Shown piece by piece: positions 1-12,284 of a stretch of DNA of 64,000 nt. The stretch's first letter is position 1; every line of letters begins with the position of its first letter. The notes beneath the pieces are model-generated. The model was not told where the DNA came from and searched no databases. It saw only the letters and a list, made by a program, of their open reading frames with translations. Source of the stretch: Octopus vulgaris (taxonomy: Eukaryota); NCBI GenBank assembly GCA_951406725.2, contig OX597833.1, forward strand, positions 55,180,001 to 55,244,000, written 5' to 3'. The position numbers were made by a program, and so were the translations under genes.

Positions 1-754
1 AGGGGATTAATTTTGGAGTTTTCCTTCACTTAAATTGATTGCTTTCACCACAGCTAAGGGACTCAATCTGTCCTTACAAAAATCTATACCATCCATAGCG
101 GGGACCTTGGCAGGTACAACTGTTCCAGTTCAGAACAGACCTGAGAGTAATGAGAATTAAAGGGTGACCCTATGCCCCCTGCAAATCCAGAACTCTCAAA
201 CTGGACCCTTACTACCAGATGCGGTTAGTTAAATGTCGTATGTAGGACTAATCAACTATAATTTATTATTCAACCCCTCTCCACTCTTAAATAGTAAATT
301 GCAGTTTCTGTAACGATGTTCAAAAATCAGTTTTTAATTCTTAAAGTCCCGTACAAGATATCCACAGTGGTTGCCAAATCTTCAACTGCATGAAACCACT
401 GTTCAAATAGTGTTGTTGTTGTTGTTGTTATTGTTGTTGTTTGGAGGTCAGAACCTGATGCTAAGAATTCTTCCATACTAGAAACAAAGTTTAGTCTTAT
501 TTTAGACAGAACTTCTTATCAAAAGACTTCTTGTTCACCCCATATTTTTTTGTAATCGGTTTCAGCTCAAAGCTGTGGCCATGCTGGGGCACCATCGTTA
601 TATGTTTATTTTTTGCATTTTATCAAGTACGTACTCTGATTTTTCTTGTTTTTTTAAAAATTTAATTATCAAGCTCAATAGTAGTAAATGTCTTAAGTGG
701 TAAGTTAAAAATTGGGTGATTTTGGATATTAATCATTTATTTATTTATCTATTT

Positions 755-1120
755 CGCTTTTGGATTTGGTTTGCAAGATTCTTTATATGAGTTTGTGTGT
801 TGAAGCAATTTTGTTGTGTCTGGGGAGAGTCATTTTCTTTTTGTGCCTTATAATTTAATACACTCACCGGTGAAATTTCCATTTATTTCTTATTTATATT
901 TTCCTAAAATTTTCGTTGCATCTTGCAACCTTTTCAATAGTCAAAACTATTGAAAAGATTGCAAGACACAATGAAAATTTTTGGAAATTAAAAATAAGAA
1001 ATAAGTGGAAATTTAACCGGTGAGTGTGTTAAATTATAAGGCACAAAAATAGTCAAGACTACTGAAAAGGGTTACAAGATGCAACAAAAATTTTAGGAAA
1101 ATAAAAATAAGAAATAAGTG
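755..1120 (-). mobile_element. Penelope-like pseudo-LTR remnant with an inverted copy and a partial tandem copy (family HH-1)
   Basis: 838-942 is the imperfect reverse complement of 945-1049, followed by a further partial copy at 1050-1120. Each copy contains a hammerhead-like motif. Inverted plus tandem pLTR arrangements are typical of Penelope-like elements. Confidence 0.7.
904..940 (-). ncRNA. Minimal type-I hammerhead ribozyme fold, U3:A8 core variant
   Basis: Minus strand reads CUA-UUGAAAA-G-GUUGC-AAGAU-GCAAC-GAAA-AU-UU-UAG: stem I CUA/UAG, core U3UGAAA8A9, 5-bp stem II, GAAA, self-complementary AAUU stem III. Degenerate + strand copies at about 947-983 and 1059-1096. Confidence 0.7.
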
Positions 1121-1439
1121 TTCGTCTATTTGTTTATTAATTAATGATTTACATTAAATAAATAACGTGAGAAATCAGTAACCAAGAATCAATATCTTGT
1201 AAATGCATGTGGGAACACGTGTAATCAATTTCATGTATTCACTCAACCATGGTAGGTGATGGTGACCTGACAATAAGTAACAGAAACTACATTCACAATG
1301 AACACTGATGATTGTTAAATATCACGAGAATTATTAGCATGTCTGACAAACTGCTTCATAGCCTTTCTTTTGGCTCTTGATATCCTCGGTTCAAATCACA
1401 CCAAAGTCAGCTTTGCCTTTCATTTTTTTTTTTTCAGTG

Positions 1440-1842
1440 TCGAGTGGCTGTGTGGTAAGTAGCTTGCTTACCAACCACATGGTTCAGTCCCACTGCATGG
1501 CATCTTGGGCAAGTGTCTTCTGCTATAGCCCCGGGCCGACCAATGCCTTGTGAGTGAATTTGGTAGACGGAATCTGAAAGAAGCCTGTCGTATATATGTA
1601 TATATATATATATATGTATGTGTGTGTCTGTGTTTGTCCCCCTAGCATTGCTTGACAACCGATGCTGGTGTGTTTATGTCCCCGTTACCTAGCGGTTCGG
1701 CAAAAGAGACCGATGGAATAAGTCCTGGGCTTACAAAGAATAAGTCCCGGGGTCGAGTTGCTCGATTAAAGGCGGTGCTCCAGCATGGCCACAGTCAAAT
1801 GACTGAAACAAGTAAAAGAGTAAAAGAGTAAAAAAAGAGAGT
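1440..1842 (+). mobile_element. tRNA-derived SINE, family A (about 400 bp, internal TA/TG microsatellite, GTAAAAGA tail)
   Basis: A-box-like TGGCTGTGTGG, B-box-like GGTTCAGTCCC; body shared with about 20 copies in the window; ends GACTGAAACAAGTAAAAGAGTAAAAGAG. Confidence 0.9.
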
Positions 1843-1924
1843 ACAATAAAGTGCTAACCAATCACTGAGATCAATATTATTGACAGACCCCACCATTCTC
1901 AAAATTTCAGACCTTGTGCCTATA

Positions 1925-2107
1925 TATTTCTTTATTGCCCACGAGGGGGCTAAACACAGAGGGGACAAACAAGGACAGACAAAGAGATCAAGTCGATTAC
2001 ATCGACCCCAGTGCGAAACTGGTACTTTATTTAATCGACCCCAAAAGGATGACAGGCAAAGTCAACCTCGGCGGAATTTGAACTCAGAACGTAACGACAG
2101 ACGAGAA
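1925..2107 (-). mobile_element. SINE family B, single body unit
   Basis: Reverse complement of the GTTCTGAGTTCAAATTCCGCCGAGGTCGACTTTGCCTTTCATCC...AAAGAAATA repeat seen many times in the window. Confidence 0.85.
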
Positions 2108-2227
2108 ACGATTATATCATACAAGAAAATTTCAGCCAAATTCATGCAACATGCAGTTATGCTATTATGGTAGTTACTCTTCACTAACAGCATTTCAAGA
2201 TTTCTAGTTTCTTACTTGGAGAGGTTT

Positions 2228-2648
2228 ATGTCCTTGTTTGTCCTCTCTGTGTTTGGCCCCTTGTGGGCAGTAAAGAAATAGGTATTTCGTCTGCCCCTAC
2301 ATTCTGAGTTCAAATTCCACCGAGGTCAACTTTGCTTTCATCCTTTCAGAGGTTGATTAAATAAGTACCAGTTACTCACTGAGGTCGATATTATCAACTT
2401 AATCCGTTTGTCTGTCCTTGTTTGTCCCCTCTATGTGTAGCCCCTTGTGGGTACTAAAGAAATAGGTATTTCGTATGCCTCTATGTTCTGAGTTCTAAGT
2501 CCACCAAGGTCAACTTTGCTTTCATCCTTTCTGAGGTCAATTAAATAAGTACCAGTTACGCACTGGGGTCGATATAATCGACATAATCTGTTTGTCTGTC
2601 CTTGTTTGTCCCCTCTATGTGTTGCCCCTTGTGGGCAGTAAAAGAATT
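2228..2648 (+). mobile_element. SINE family B, head-to-tail multimer (about 2.3 units)
   Basis: About 180-bp units joined at AAAGAAATA|GGTATTTCG. Confidence 0.85.
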
Positions 2649-3261
2649 AAAAAATATCAAAATTTCGTACATATACTCTATTATCTATTTAACAAAAAAA
2701 AAAAGGGAAGGCATTTGGTAAATTAGCCTTAGTGACTGGAATGTCTTTGATTGTAGGTCTTTTAGATCAAGCTGGGTAGATCAAGAGAGTGGGGAGATGT
2801 TTGTCCAAACGTCATCAGCACAAGCCTGACATTTGTGATGTGGATTAGCTGATATAACTTGGATGCTATACGGTGGAACAATTGAAGTTTGCTATACAAG
2901 AATTTACTTTTAGTTGAATAATAATTTTCAGGCCTATAATGGCATTTTACTAATTCTATTACTTGTGTTCTAACCATAAATTACATGAAATGCCATATAG
3001 CACAATAGCAAGGTAGCTGAATGTAAAAGCGTATTTATATGTTTAAAACATATCTGCAGTCTTTCTCATGCCCATTCTTACAATTTGAATTGGTTATTAT
3101 TTAAATTTTTATTATTTCTGTGCTGGCAAACCATGTTATAATCTGCCATTAAGTGTTCTATGTTATATCCAATAAGCTGGTATAGACTACATTCCAGCCT
3201 GATGAGAAACTAACAAATATCAAAACCAAACACCTGACTGTCAACCATATGATTCACCCCA

Positions 3262-3460
3262 CCAGGTGTGGCTGTGTAGTTAAGAAGTTTGCTTCTCAAC
3301 AGCATGATTTCAGGTTCAGTCCTGCTGTCTGGCACCATAGGCATGTCTTCTACTATAGCCTTCGATTCAAAGACTTGTGAGTGAATTTGGTAGATGGAAA
3401 CTGAAAGAGGCCTGTGGCGAAGCCTGTTGTGTTGAGTGTGTCTTTGTGTCTGTATCTTCC
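3262..3460 (+). mobile_element. SINE family A, diverged 5' half
   Basis: CAGGTGTGGCTGTGTAGTTAAGAAG...GGTTCAGTCC...GATGGAAACTGAAAGAGG. Confidence 0.75.
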
Positions 3461-3599
3461 TATTTGATCTTGTCAATGATGGACACTTGACCGCTAGAAG
3501 CAGTAGCGTTTCATCTCCCCACCAGGGATATATAGATTGACAGTTGCCAGAACAGGCGCTAGTGTCACGATTAGCCAGTTAGCTTGTTGCATATATATA

Positions 3600-3830
3600 T
3601 CATCATCATCGTTTAACATGCATTTTCCATGCTAGCATGGGTTGGACGGTTCAACTGGGGTCTGGGAAGCCAGAAGGCTGTGCCAGGCCCAGTCTGATCT
3701 GGCAGTGTTTCTACAGCTGGATGCCCTTCCTAACGCCAACCACTCCATGAGTGTAGTGGGTGCTTTTTACGTACCACCTGCACAGGTGCCAGACGAGGCT
3801 GGCAAACGGCCACGATCGGATGGTGCTTTT

Positions 3831-3832
<2 letters not shown>
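3600..3832 (-). mobile_element. SINE-like retroposon family C with (GAT)n tail
   Basis: Contains the reverse complement of GGTTGGCGTTAGGAAGGGCATCCAGCTGTAGAAAC and ends in a (GAT)n tail; matches 8080-8399, 45221-45757 and 58613-59075. Confidence 0.85.
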
Positions 3833-3879
<47 letters not shown>

Positions 3880-4155
3880 TAGTGACAAAGTTAGTATTAA
3901 TATCAAGAGGTAGTATTTATTCCCACTTAAATGTGGATGTTCTGTTAGTGTTGTGGCAAGAAATTGGGCTGGTCCACTACCAATAGTGTTCTGACACAGT
4001 CAGTATTGTCAGTCAGCGGGCTATGCTGTTTGAGCCAGTCTTCCCAAGACGAAATACATCGTCATAATGCAGGACATAACCGTTAGAACAAATATTACTG
4101 ATAAAGTTACCATGAAAGAAACTCATATTGGCTTTTTGGTATAAAATGCACCCTT

Positions 4156-4186
<31 letters not shown>

Positions 4187-4819
4187 TTTCTCTTTCTCTC
4201 CTTTTCTGTCTATCACTTTCTCCCCCTCTCTCTCTCTCTCTCTGCTTGATTGATTGAACACAAGTTCCCTTCTACTTTGCAGTCATATGGTCAGAAGTAA
4301 GTCTATAAAAACCCTAGTTTGTTCTTGTTCCCATTCCTTCTTCTCAAAAAGCAAAGAATTTTTTTAAAAAATACCATCTTATTAATGGATGGGAAAATAA
4401 ACGTAAGTTGGGGATATGAGAAATTTGAAATAAAAATACCCGTTTTAACCATTTTTTAAACCGTATTTTTGTTGTAAGACACTGCTTTCATTAAAAGTAA
4501 TGAAGAATTTAGCAGTTCAGCAAAATCAACCTTGGCGGAATTTGAACTCAGAACGTAGTGGCAGACGAAATACTGCTAAGCATTTCACCTGGTGTGCCAA
4601 CATTTCTGCCAGCTTGCTGCCTTTGACTTTGGTTTCTGACACCTCAGTGTGGCACAGTGGGCAAATGGTTAAATTCAATGTTCTCAAACTGACCAAAATC
4701 TAATGAAATTTGCTAAACAATAACAGTATAGGAGAGACCAGACCATTTTGGGCTTTTTTTTTTTGTTATTTGACAAACTTAATCTTTTTCCTGCTTCAAC
4801 TTCAGCACCTGGCTTTTAA

Positions 4820-5026
4820 CCCTTTAGTGTTTAAACCGGCCATATCAGGCCAAAATTGTCTTCCTGTTATATGCTCAAACCAGCCAGCTCTGATCTCTCA
4901 CACCTACCCTACAAAGTCATTCTAAAAGTAAACAGGGACATCATCAAAATCTCAGAGTTACAAGATGCTGTACAATTAATTTAAAACAATGTGATTAAAC
5001 AGGCTTTACATTTGACAGAGAAAGGG
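4820..5026. mobile_element. piggyBac-type MITE, family P2
   Basis: TTAA-CCCTTT...AAAGGG-TTAA ends; homologous to 12979-13651 and about 45070-45813. Confidence 0.75.
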
Positions 5027-6249
5027 TTAAAGGCCTTTAGCCAATTCCATTCTCCTGCTGGCATTAGGGACAGGTCTGTGTATAACCTCCTCTTTTCCTA
5101 TATAAACCTGAAATGCCATGATTTTCTGCTCATTCTCTTCAGACTACATCATATATTAAAATACTAAAATATATAGCATAGAAATTAACAGGAAAAAAAT
5201 AATAAAATAAAATGAACTCTATAGAATAACTCTCCTGGCAGATGTTCCATTCTTGGATGAGACAATACCAATTTTGATCAGATAATGAAATGATTGATAA
5301 CATCATTGATCAGTAATCAGTGATAGGAAAAAAAGAAAAAAAAAATTTTTTTTTTTTTTTTTTGGGGTTTTGATTTTGGTTTTCTTTTCATTTAGATAAA
5401 GCACCACATCGATTTACTTCTTTAGTTGCCAATCATCACATATCTACCAGCACCGTACCAAACCCTATCTCACAGCTTCGAAAAAGCATGAGCAGTATAG
5501 CAGCACAGCATTAACAGCAACACCGCCAACAACACCACCACCACCACCAACAACAACAATATCTGTTTTGTGCTTTCCTCTTTGCTGGACAGTTTATATT
5601 GGCTCGGACGAGGATGGGGCGGAGGAGGATGAGGAGGAGGAGCCAGGGCAGGGGGATAGGGGGGGATGGTGTTTCCACCATTTCTGTCATTTGCATATTT
5701 ATGAAACGATTTTTCCCCCCACCCCCCGCCACTTTGCGTTTGTCTTTTTTTCTTTTTTTTTTCTTTTTGCAATGTGTAATCTTCATCCTTCCCATCATCA
5801 CCACCACCACAACCACCGCCACCACTACCACCACCAGGACTAATTCAAATTAAGATTTGCTTTATCCAAAATTGTGCTCTCTAGCGTTCTTGTTGTTGTC
5901 GGTTCCATTGTATATTGCAAGAAGGTCAGAAGCGCTTCTTATTTAAAAGAGCCAATTAACCTGTTTCACGTCTCAAATTGAGGCCACAGCATCATTGGTG
6001 CTGTTGTTATTGACGTTAGCCTTGTTGTTGTTGCCGCTTCTGTTATTGTTGTTTTCGTTGTTGTTGTAATTATTTCTGCTTCTTACCGCATGGGTGAACC
6101 ACTGGATTCATTCCCCCATAGTCATTCGTATATAATAATTATATATCCATTAATTCCATTGCTGTAGTAAATAACGTGCCGTTCTGAACCATTTTTGCGT
6201 CTTATATTTCCGCGTGTGCATGCATGTGTTGGTGCACATGTGCATTGTA

Positions 6250-6387
6250 TATATATTGGTATGTGCGTGTGTATGTGTGTGTGTGCTTGTGCATGTGTGT
6301 GTGTTTTCCTCCTTCCTAATTTGGTTCTTAACATTGCTATAGTACACATGTTGGTTCTGTGTGTGTGTGTATGTATGTATATATATA

Positions 6388-6432
<45 letters not shown>

Positions 6433-6573
6433 ATATGTATGTATACATTTCTATACATATATATGTATATATATATGTGTGTATATATATGTGTGTGTAT
6501 ATATATATGTATATATATATGTATATATATGTATATGTATATATATGTATATATATATGTATATATATATGTG

Positions 6574-6608
<35 letters not shown>

Positions 6609-6713
6609 GTGTATATATATATGTGTGTGTGTGTATATATATGTATATATCTGTATATATGTATATATCTGTATATATGTATATATCTGTATATATATAT
6701 CTGTATATATATA

Positions 6714-6756
<43 letters not shown>

Positions 6757-6800
6757 GTATATATATGTATATATACATACATATATATATATATATATGC
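6250..6800. repeat. Compound (TA)/(TG)/(TATG) microsatellite
   Basis: Directly visible; source of the YI/CV-repeat ORFs. Confidence 0.97.
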
Positions 6801-7528
6801 TTCAGCGATTTCTTTGATTATATGATACCAATGTTACTTCCGTTCCTCTGCTTTTTTTTTTTTTTTCTTTCTTTCTTTATTATTTAAAGCCTAACAAACA
6901 ATGCAGTGGTTTTGTATTGTATAAAATAATCGGTTTGGGTTACCTTATAATCTCTTTAGAATTTATTCCTAAGTGTGTAAAGAAATCCGGCAGAATCATG
7001 CAAACTGACTTATAAGAAAAAAAAACTTCTGGAAATTCTAGGGTTGGTCGTGGTGGTGAGGTGTTGGCTTGTTTTTGTTTGCCTTTGAAAACAAGTATTT
7101 CTACGAATTTGGTTCTGCAATATACAATGTTCATTCGCCGTGTGTTTATATTTTTATATTTCACTAGCTTTGAATTACAGCTAATTTGTGTTGTCTACAC
7201 CGTATATATGAGGCAGAAGCCGATTAGCGGAATTATTTGAGCGTTGGACAGAGGATGCCTTATGGCAATTGTTCAGGCTTTTGATTATTTTTTAAATTTT
7301 TTTTTTGCCTTCCCATTTTTGTTTTTGTTTTTGTTTTTCTCATTCTTATTTCAAATCCTGCTGAAGTCAGCTTGGCCTTTATATTCATTTAGGGTTAATA
7401 ATATAACATACTAGTCTTGACCGATGGACTGGTAAAATTGTTAGAGTATCAAACAGGATGCTTTCTGTGGTATTTCATTCTGGGATTTAGCATCCTACGT
7501 TCAATTCCTGCAGAAGTCAACTTAGCTT

Positions 7529-7848
7529 TTCATCCTCCAAGATGTTGGTAAAGTACCAGTCAAGTACTGGGGTCGATTGCTCCCGCTCCCCTTTTGTCTT
7601 GTTCTCTTTCACTTGGCTGTACAGCATCACTATGAGAGGGTTACTGTGTGGGTTGCTCACAGTATCACTACCATTCCCAGAATGGAGAATTCATCCTCCA
7701 AGATGTTGGTAAAATACCAGTCAAGTACTGGGGTCGATTGCTCCCTCTCTCCTTTTGTTTCATTCTCTTTCACTTGGCTATACAGCAACACTATGAAAGG
7801 GTTATGGTGTGAGCTGCTCACAGTATCACTACCATTCCCAGAATGGAG
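7529..7848. repeat. Tandem duplication, 2 x about 160 bp (SINE B tail plus flank)
   Basis: TTCATCCTCCAAGATGTTGGTAAA...CAGTATCACTACCATTCCCAGAATGGAG occurs at about 7529-7688 and 7690-7848. Confidence 0.9.
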
Positions 7849-8079
7849 GATGGTTGAAGTAGAGGCTAGCAACTGTTTTCTTTTAGTATGTTACAGAAAT
7901 CACAAAAAGAAACCAAGGGACATACTGGATGTGGCTGATCTTATGTGCTGTTCAACACAAAATTGTTTTAAAAATAACAATATGGCTTCACGTCATCGAA
8001 ATCCTGAAGCTATGAGATAATGCAGGATCAATTTGAAACAGTATGAATAAATAAGCAATACAGTTGATTGATTATACCA

Positions 8080-8399
8080 GTGTCGGTGGCACGTAAAAAG
8101 CACCATCCGAATCATGGCCGTTGCCAGCTTCGTCTGTTCTCCGTGCCGGTGGCACGTAAAAAGCATCATCCGATCGTGGCTGTTTGCCAGCCCCGTCTGG
8201 CACCTGTGCCGGTGGCACGTAAAAAGCACCCACTACACTCACGGAGTGGTTGGCGTTAGGAAGGGCATCCAGCTGTAGAAACACTGCCAGATCAGATTGG
8301 AGCCTGGTGCAGCCATCTGGCTTCCCAGACCCCAGTTGAACTGTCCAACCCATGCCAGCATGGAAAGCGGACGTTAAACGATGATGATGATGATGATGA
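8080..8399 (+). mobile_element. Retroposon family C with internal 62-bp tandem repeats
   Basis: Three GGTGGCACGTAAAAAGCA motifs, the AGGAAGGGCATCCAGCTGTAG core and a (GAT)n tail. Confidence 0.88.
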
Positions 8400-8692
8400 G
8401 AGGGTTAAAGTATATTTTGTAAACCTGTGGTGGTGCAGTTGGTGGGAACCAATGTACTTTATAGTGTAGTTAATAACTGTTTCCAACAATAAGTGTGGCT
8501 GTGTGGCAAGTGGCTTGCTTCCCAACCACTGGTTCGAGGTTCCATCCCACTTCATGGCACCTTGAGCTAGTGTCTTCTATTATAGCCTCAGGCTGGCCAA
8601 AGCTTTGTGAGTGAATTTAGCAAATGGAAATTTAAAGAAGCCCATTGCATGTATTTATTTATGTATGTATATATGTATGTATGTATATAGAT

Positions 8693-9055
8693 CTATAATG
8701 GACTTTCCCGTTGTTAGACAACATATGAGTGTTTGACAATTTCTTACTGAATAACCACACAGATGATTTGTTTATAGTAATCAAATGTTTGTGTAGACCT
8801 AAGCTCACTCCCCCCATCAGATCGACATTACCTGTACCAACAGGTGCCAGAAAGTTGAATCGTTAATCCCTACACATTTTTTTCTTTCTTCTTTTTCTTC
8901 ATTCTCTCTGTTTTCCCCCCTTCAATCCTTTCTGTTGAAGAGCATAGGCTCGAAACATCAAAGAGTTTTTCATTCTTCCTGACTCTTAAACTAATGCCCC
9001 TACTTATTGTTCCCTTCACATGTCTTCATCTTTTGTTTTCTGTAAATTTGAACTG
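8693..9055 (+). mobile_element. Penelope-like 3' end/pLTR (family HH-4) containing a hammerhead-like motif
   Basis: About 8865-9053 is homologous to 47250-47440 (+) and 30535-30723 (-); motif at 8928-8963. Confidence 0.6.
8928..8963 (+). ncRNA. Minimal hammerhead-like fold, A6U core variant
   Basis: CUUU-CUGUUGA-A-GAGC-AUAG-GCUC-GAAA-CA-UC-AAAG. Confidence 0.55.
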
Positions 9056-9875
9056 TGAGTGTGGGTGTGTCTTTGTGTCCGTCTCAGTCCTCCACCACTG
9101 CTTGAAAACTAGTTTTGGTGTTTTCATGTCTCTGTAACTTAGCATTTTGGCAAAAGAGACTGATAAAATAAGTATCAGGATTTAAAAAACAGAAACAAAT
9201 AAAAAAAAAAATACAGGGTTAAATTTGTTCAACTAAAAGTCTTCAATGTGGTGCCCCAGCATGGCCACACTCTAATGACTGAAACATGTAAAAAAAATAG
9301 AACAGTGGCACAAGGCCAGAGATATAAGGAAATTTGGGTAGGGTTTAGGCCAATGAGATCAACCCCTACTTGACTGGTATTTTATCACAATGACACCCAC
9401 TCCCGCCTAAAAAGAGAAGTTGACCTGAATAGGATTTGAATTTGACGATATAAAGTGTCATAAGCATTTGCTGATATTTTATTGGACATTATTGTGTAAA
9501 TAAGAATGTATGAAAAAGAACTTTCATTCACTCTAGATCCTAGTATTTCTGCAGTTATGTTTCTATATCCGTGAGCGAGCACTGGTTAGTATCATAATGT
9601 CTGTATGTAGACTTGTTCAATTCAGACATGTGTTGGTGTGGGTGGTGAGGAAAGAGTACAAAAGAAATTAAAACAGCTTCCACCACTTCACTTTTATTAT
9701 TATTATTATTACTTACGCTCTTGAAAAACACGTGGCTCTCACTACTTCCTATTTCATTTTCTTTAAAAAGAGAAATCTCGAGTTTTGCTGATATGTAAGT
9801 AATCTTTTATTGAAACCCAAACAGATTTTAAAAGAAAAAAAATATCCCCACATGAAATATCATGATGTCTCTTAA

Positions 9876-10096
9876 CCCTTTTGTTACCATATTTATTTTG
9901 AGATGCTCTGTGTTTCTTTGAATTACTTTCAATATAACAAAGAATTTAATAAAATAACGTAGTTATCACTCAGCTAGTGTTAGGAACATAGATTGTGACT
10001 AAGGTTTGGTGGAAGATTTTAATTCAAAACTTATGAAAAAAAGACATTTGTACTACAGAGCCAGAAGTGGTTTCAGCCGGGTTGGTAACGAAAGGG
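9876..10096. mobile_element. piggyBac-type MITE, family P1
   Basis: TTAA TSDs (9872-9875, 10097-10100); TIRs CCCTTTTGTTACCA / TGGTAACGAAAGGG. Confidence 0.9.
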
Positions 10097-10127
10097 TTAA
10101 GAATTATTTCTCTATTATATATTTTAA

Positions 10128-10347
10128 CCCTTTCATTACTGTAATTATTTTGAGATGCTCTGTGTTTCTTTCAATTACTTTAAATATAACAAAGAATTTA
10201 GTAAAATAACTTAGTTATCATGAAGCTAGTGTTAGGAACATAAATTGTGACTAAGGTTTGGTGGAAGATATTAATTCAAAACTTACAAAAACAAGACATT
10301 TGTACTCGGAGCCAGAGGTGGTTTCAGCTGGGTTGGTAACGAAAGGG
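10128..10347. mobile_element. piggyBac-type MITE, family P1 (second adjacent copy)
   Basis: TTAA TSDs and the same TIRs and body as 9876-10096, about 30 bp downstream of it. Confidence 0.9.
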
Positions 10348-11144
10348 TTAAGGTTTTAAAGGTAGATAGATGTCTTTTAGAAGCATATTGTTGCAAAATA
10401 ATTTCTCTCTGGTCTTCCTTCTTTCTTGTCTGTCCCTCTTTCTTTCCCCCTTCCTCATCTTCTCCTTCCTTGACTCCCACTTTCTAATGTGGAGTTCTGC
10501 TTGAAATGTTGACTTTTCCTTTCCTCTCAGCAAATAATTTACCATTCCATTTTGCGGACTTCTTGCACATCACTGTTTTTTTATTTCTTTATTTCCCACA
10601 AGGGGCTAAACACAGAGGGGACAAACAGGGACAGACATTCTCTCCTTATACGAAGTTCATTTTTGAAATAGTCATAGTACCAATTTTCTGCCAAGTTCCT
10701 TGGTTTTAGCTCAAACCTACTATCGCTAATTGGAACCAACGAAACGTCCTACGTTCCATTCCCAACCATCAAATATAGTTGTAGCCCTTATTTTAATTAT
10801 ATTAGACCAGTCTCTCCCTATACGTATCCCTCTTACTTTCCTTTCCATCATGTGATTCGAGTGTTTTATCTATTATATTTATCTGAACAGTTGTAATTTA
10901 GTTTACACTTATTTTGTCCACCTCCAGGGGGCATTAATCTTGTTAATGGGCCCGTGTCACTTGACCTATTTTTCCTCGATACACCATTTCAAATTTGAGT
11001 TAATTAATCAATAATTTTCTGTTTGTACTGCTCCTACCAGTTAATATTTCTGATATATGATATACGTGTCTAATTACTTTGCAATGTAAGAATATTTTTC
11101 TGTCCCTATTCCCTTCTTTCTTTCCATATCTTTCCTTTCCTTTC

Positions 11145-11355
11145 CTTTACTTGTGTCAGTCATTTGACTGCGGCCATGCTGGAGCACCGCCTTTAGTCAA
11201 GCAACTTGACCCCGGGACTTATTCTTTTGTAAGCCCAGTACTTATTCTATCGGTCTCTTTTTGCCGAACCGCTAAGTAACGGGGACATAAACGCACCAGC
11301 ATCGGTTGTCAAGCAATGCTAGGGGGACAAACACAGACACACAAACACACACACG

Positions 11356-11398
<43 letters not shown>

Positions 11399-11543
11399 GA
11401 GCAAATCGACCCCGGGACTTATTCTTTGTAAGCCTAGTACTTATTCTATTGGTCCCTTTTTGCCGAACTGCTAAGTGACAGGGACGTAAACACACCAGCA
11501 TCAGTTGTCAAGCAATGCTAGGGGGACAAACACAGACACACAA

Positions 11544-11576
<33 letters not shown>

Positions 11577-11748
11577 AATACATATATACGACGGGCTTCT
11601 TTCAGTTTGCGTCTACCAAATCCACTCACAAGGCTTTGGTAGGCCCGAGGCTATAGCAGAAGACACTTGCCCAAGGTGCCACGTAGTGGGACTAAACCCG
11701 GAACCATGTGGCTGGCCAGGAAGCTACTTACCACACAGCCACTCCTGC
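11145..11748 (-). mobile_element. SINE family A with an internal duplication of about 200 bp
   Basis: The segment GACCCCGGGACTTATTCTTT...microsatellite is present twice (about 11195-11395 and 11396-11590). Confidence 0.9.
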
Positions 11749-12284
11749 ACTATGTATGCACACACACACGCATACATACGTAATTAATCATGTACATATA
11801 TGCACATTCCTTGTTCCCTCAGATGCAGTTATTTAAAAACCATTTTCATACTTATCTGGTTTCTTTGATTTTTTTTACTTACATTTTCTGAACATGTGTC
11901 CCCCACTCCTTAAATAGTCATCTGATAGCTTTTTTCCCCAGCAAAACACTTTATGATTCTGAAACAAACTTCGAGAGTCATTCGTATCCTGTTCTGTCCG
12001 GCGTTGCTGTTTATTTAAATTGTTAGTTCTTTATCGTCTGTAATACAAGCTCACAGGCCACAGCGTCTTAATTACAGAATTTGATAGGAAAAATGCTAAT
12101 TTAAATCTTCTTCCTGGTTCCTTATTGACTGTCAAGTTACATGGAAGATATGTTTGTAAGTATTCAACCTTTCGCAATACAGTCTAATGACGTGTTTGTG
12201 TATGTATGTATGTATGTATGTATGTATGTGTTATGTGCGTGTGTCATGTTCTGCTGTGTAAATATATGTGAGAGGTATATAAAT

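Larger units (their letters stand above)
8492..9300 (+). mobile_element. SINE family A (diverged), interrupted at its microsatellite by a roughly 360-bp insert
   Basis: Head at 8492-8650 and tail at 9056-9300 are collinear with family A. Confidence 0.8.

Noticed and set aside
1434-1658. Recurrent peptide YDGLLSVSVYQIHSQGFGRPEAIVEDTCPRCHAVGLNPEPCG in many ORFs
   Set aside because: Antisense translation of SINE family A, not a gene family.
3175-3215. Canonical CTGATGA followed by GAAA, after a GCTGG/CCAGC hairpin
   Set aside because: No stem II between the core and GAAA and no stem III or correctly placed UH; treated as chance.
6122-6887. Long ORFs rich in YI/CV/HT (also at 18.5, 25.8-26.4, 30.8, 48.3, 50.2, 55.3 and 60 kb)
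   Set aside because: Translations of TA/TG/CA microsatellites that lack stops in several frames; no protein signal.
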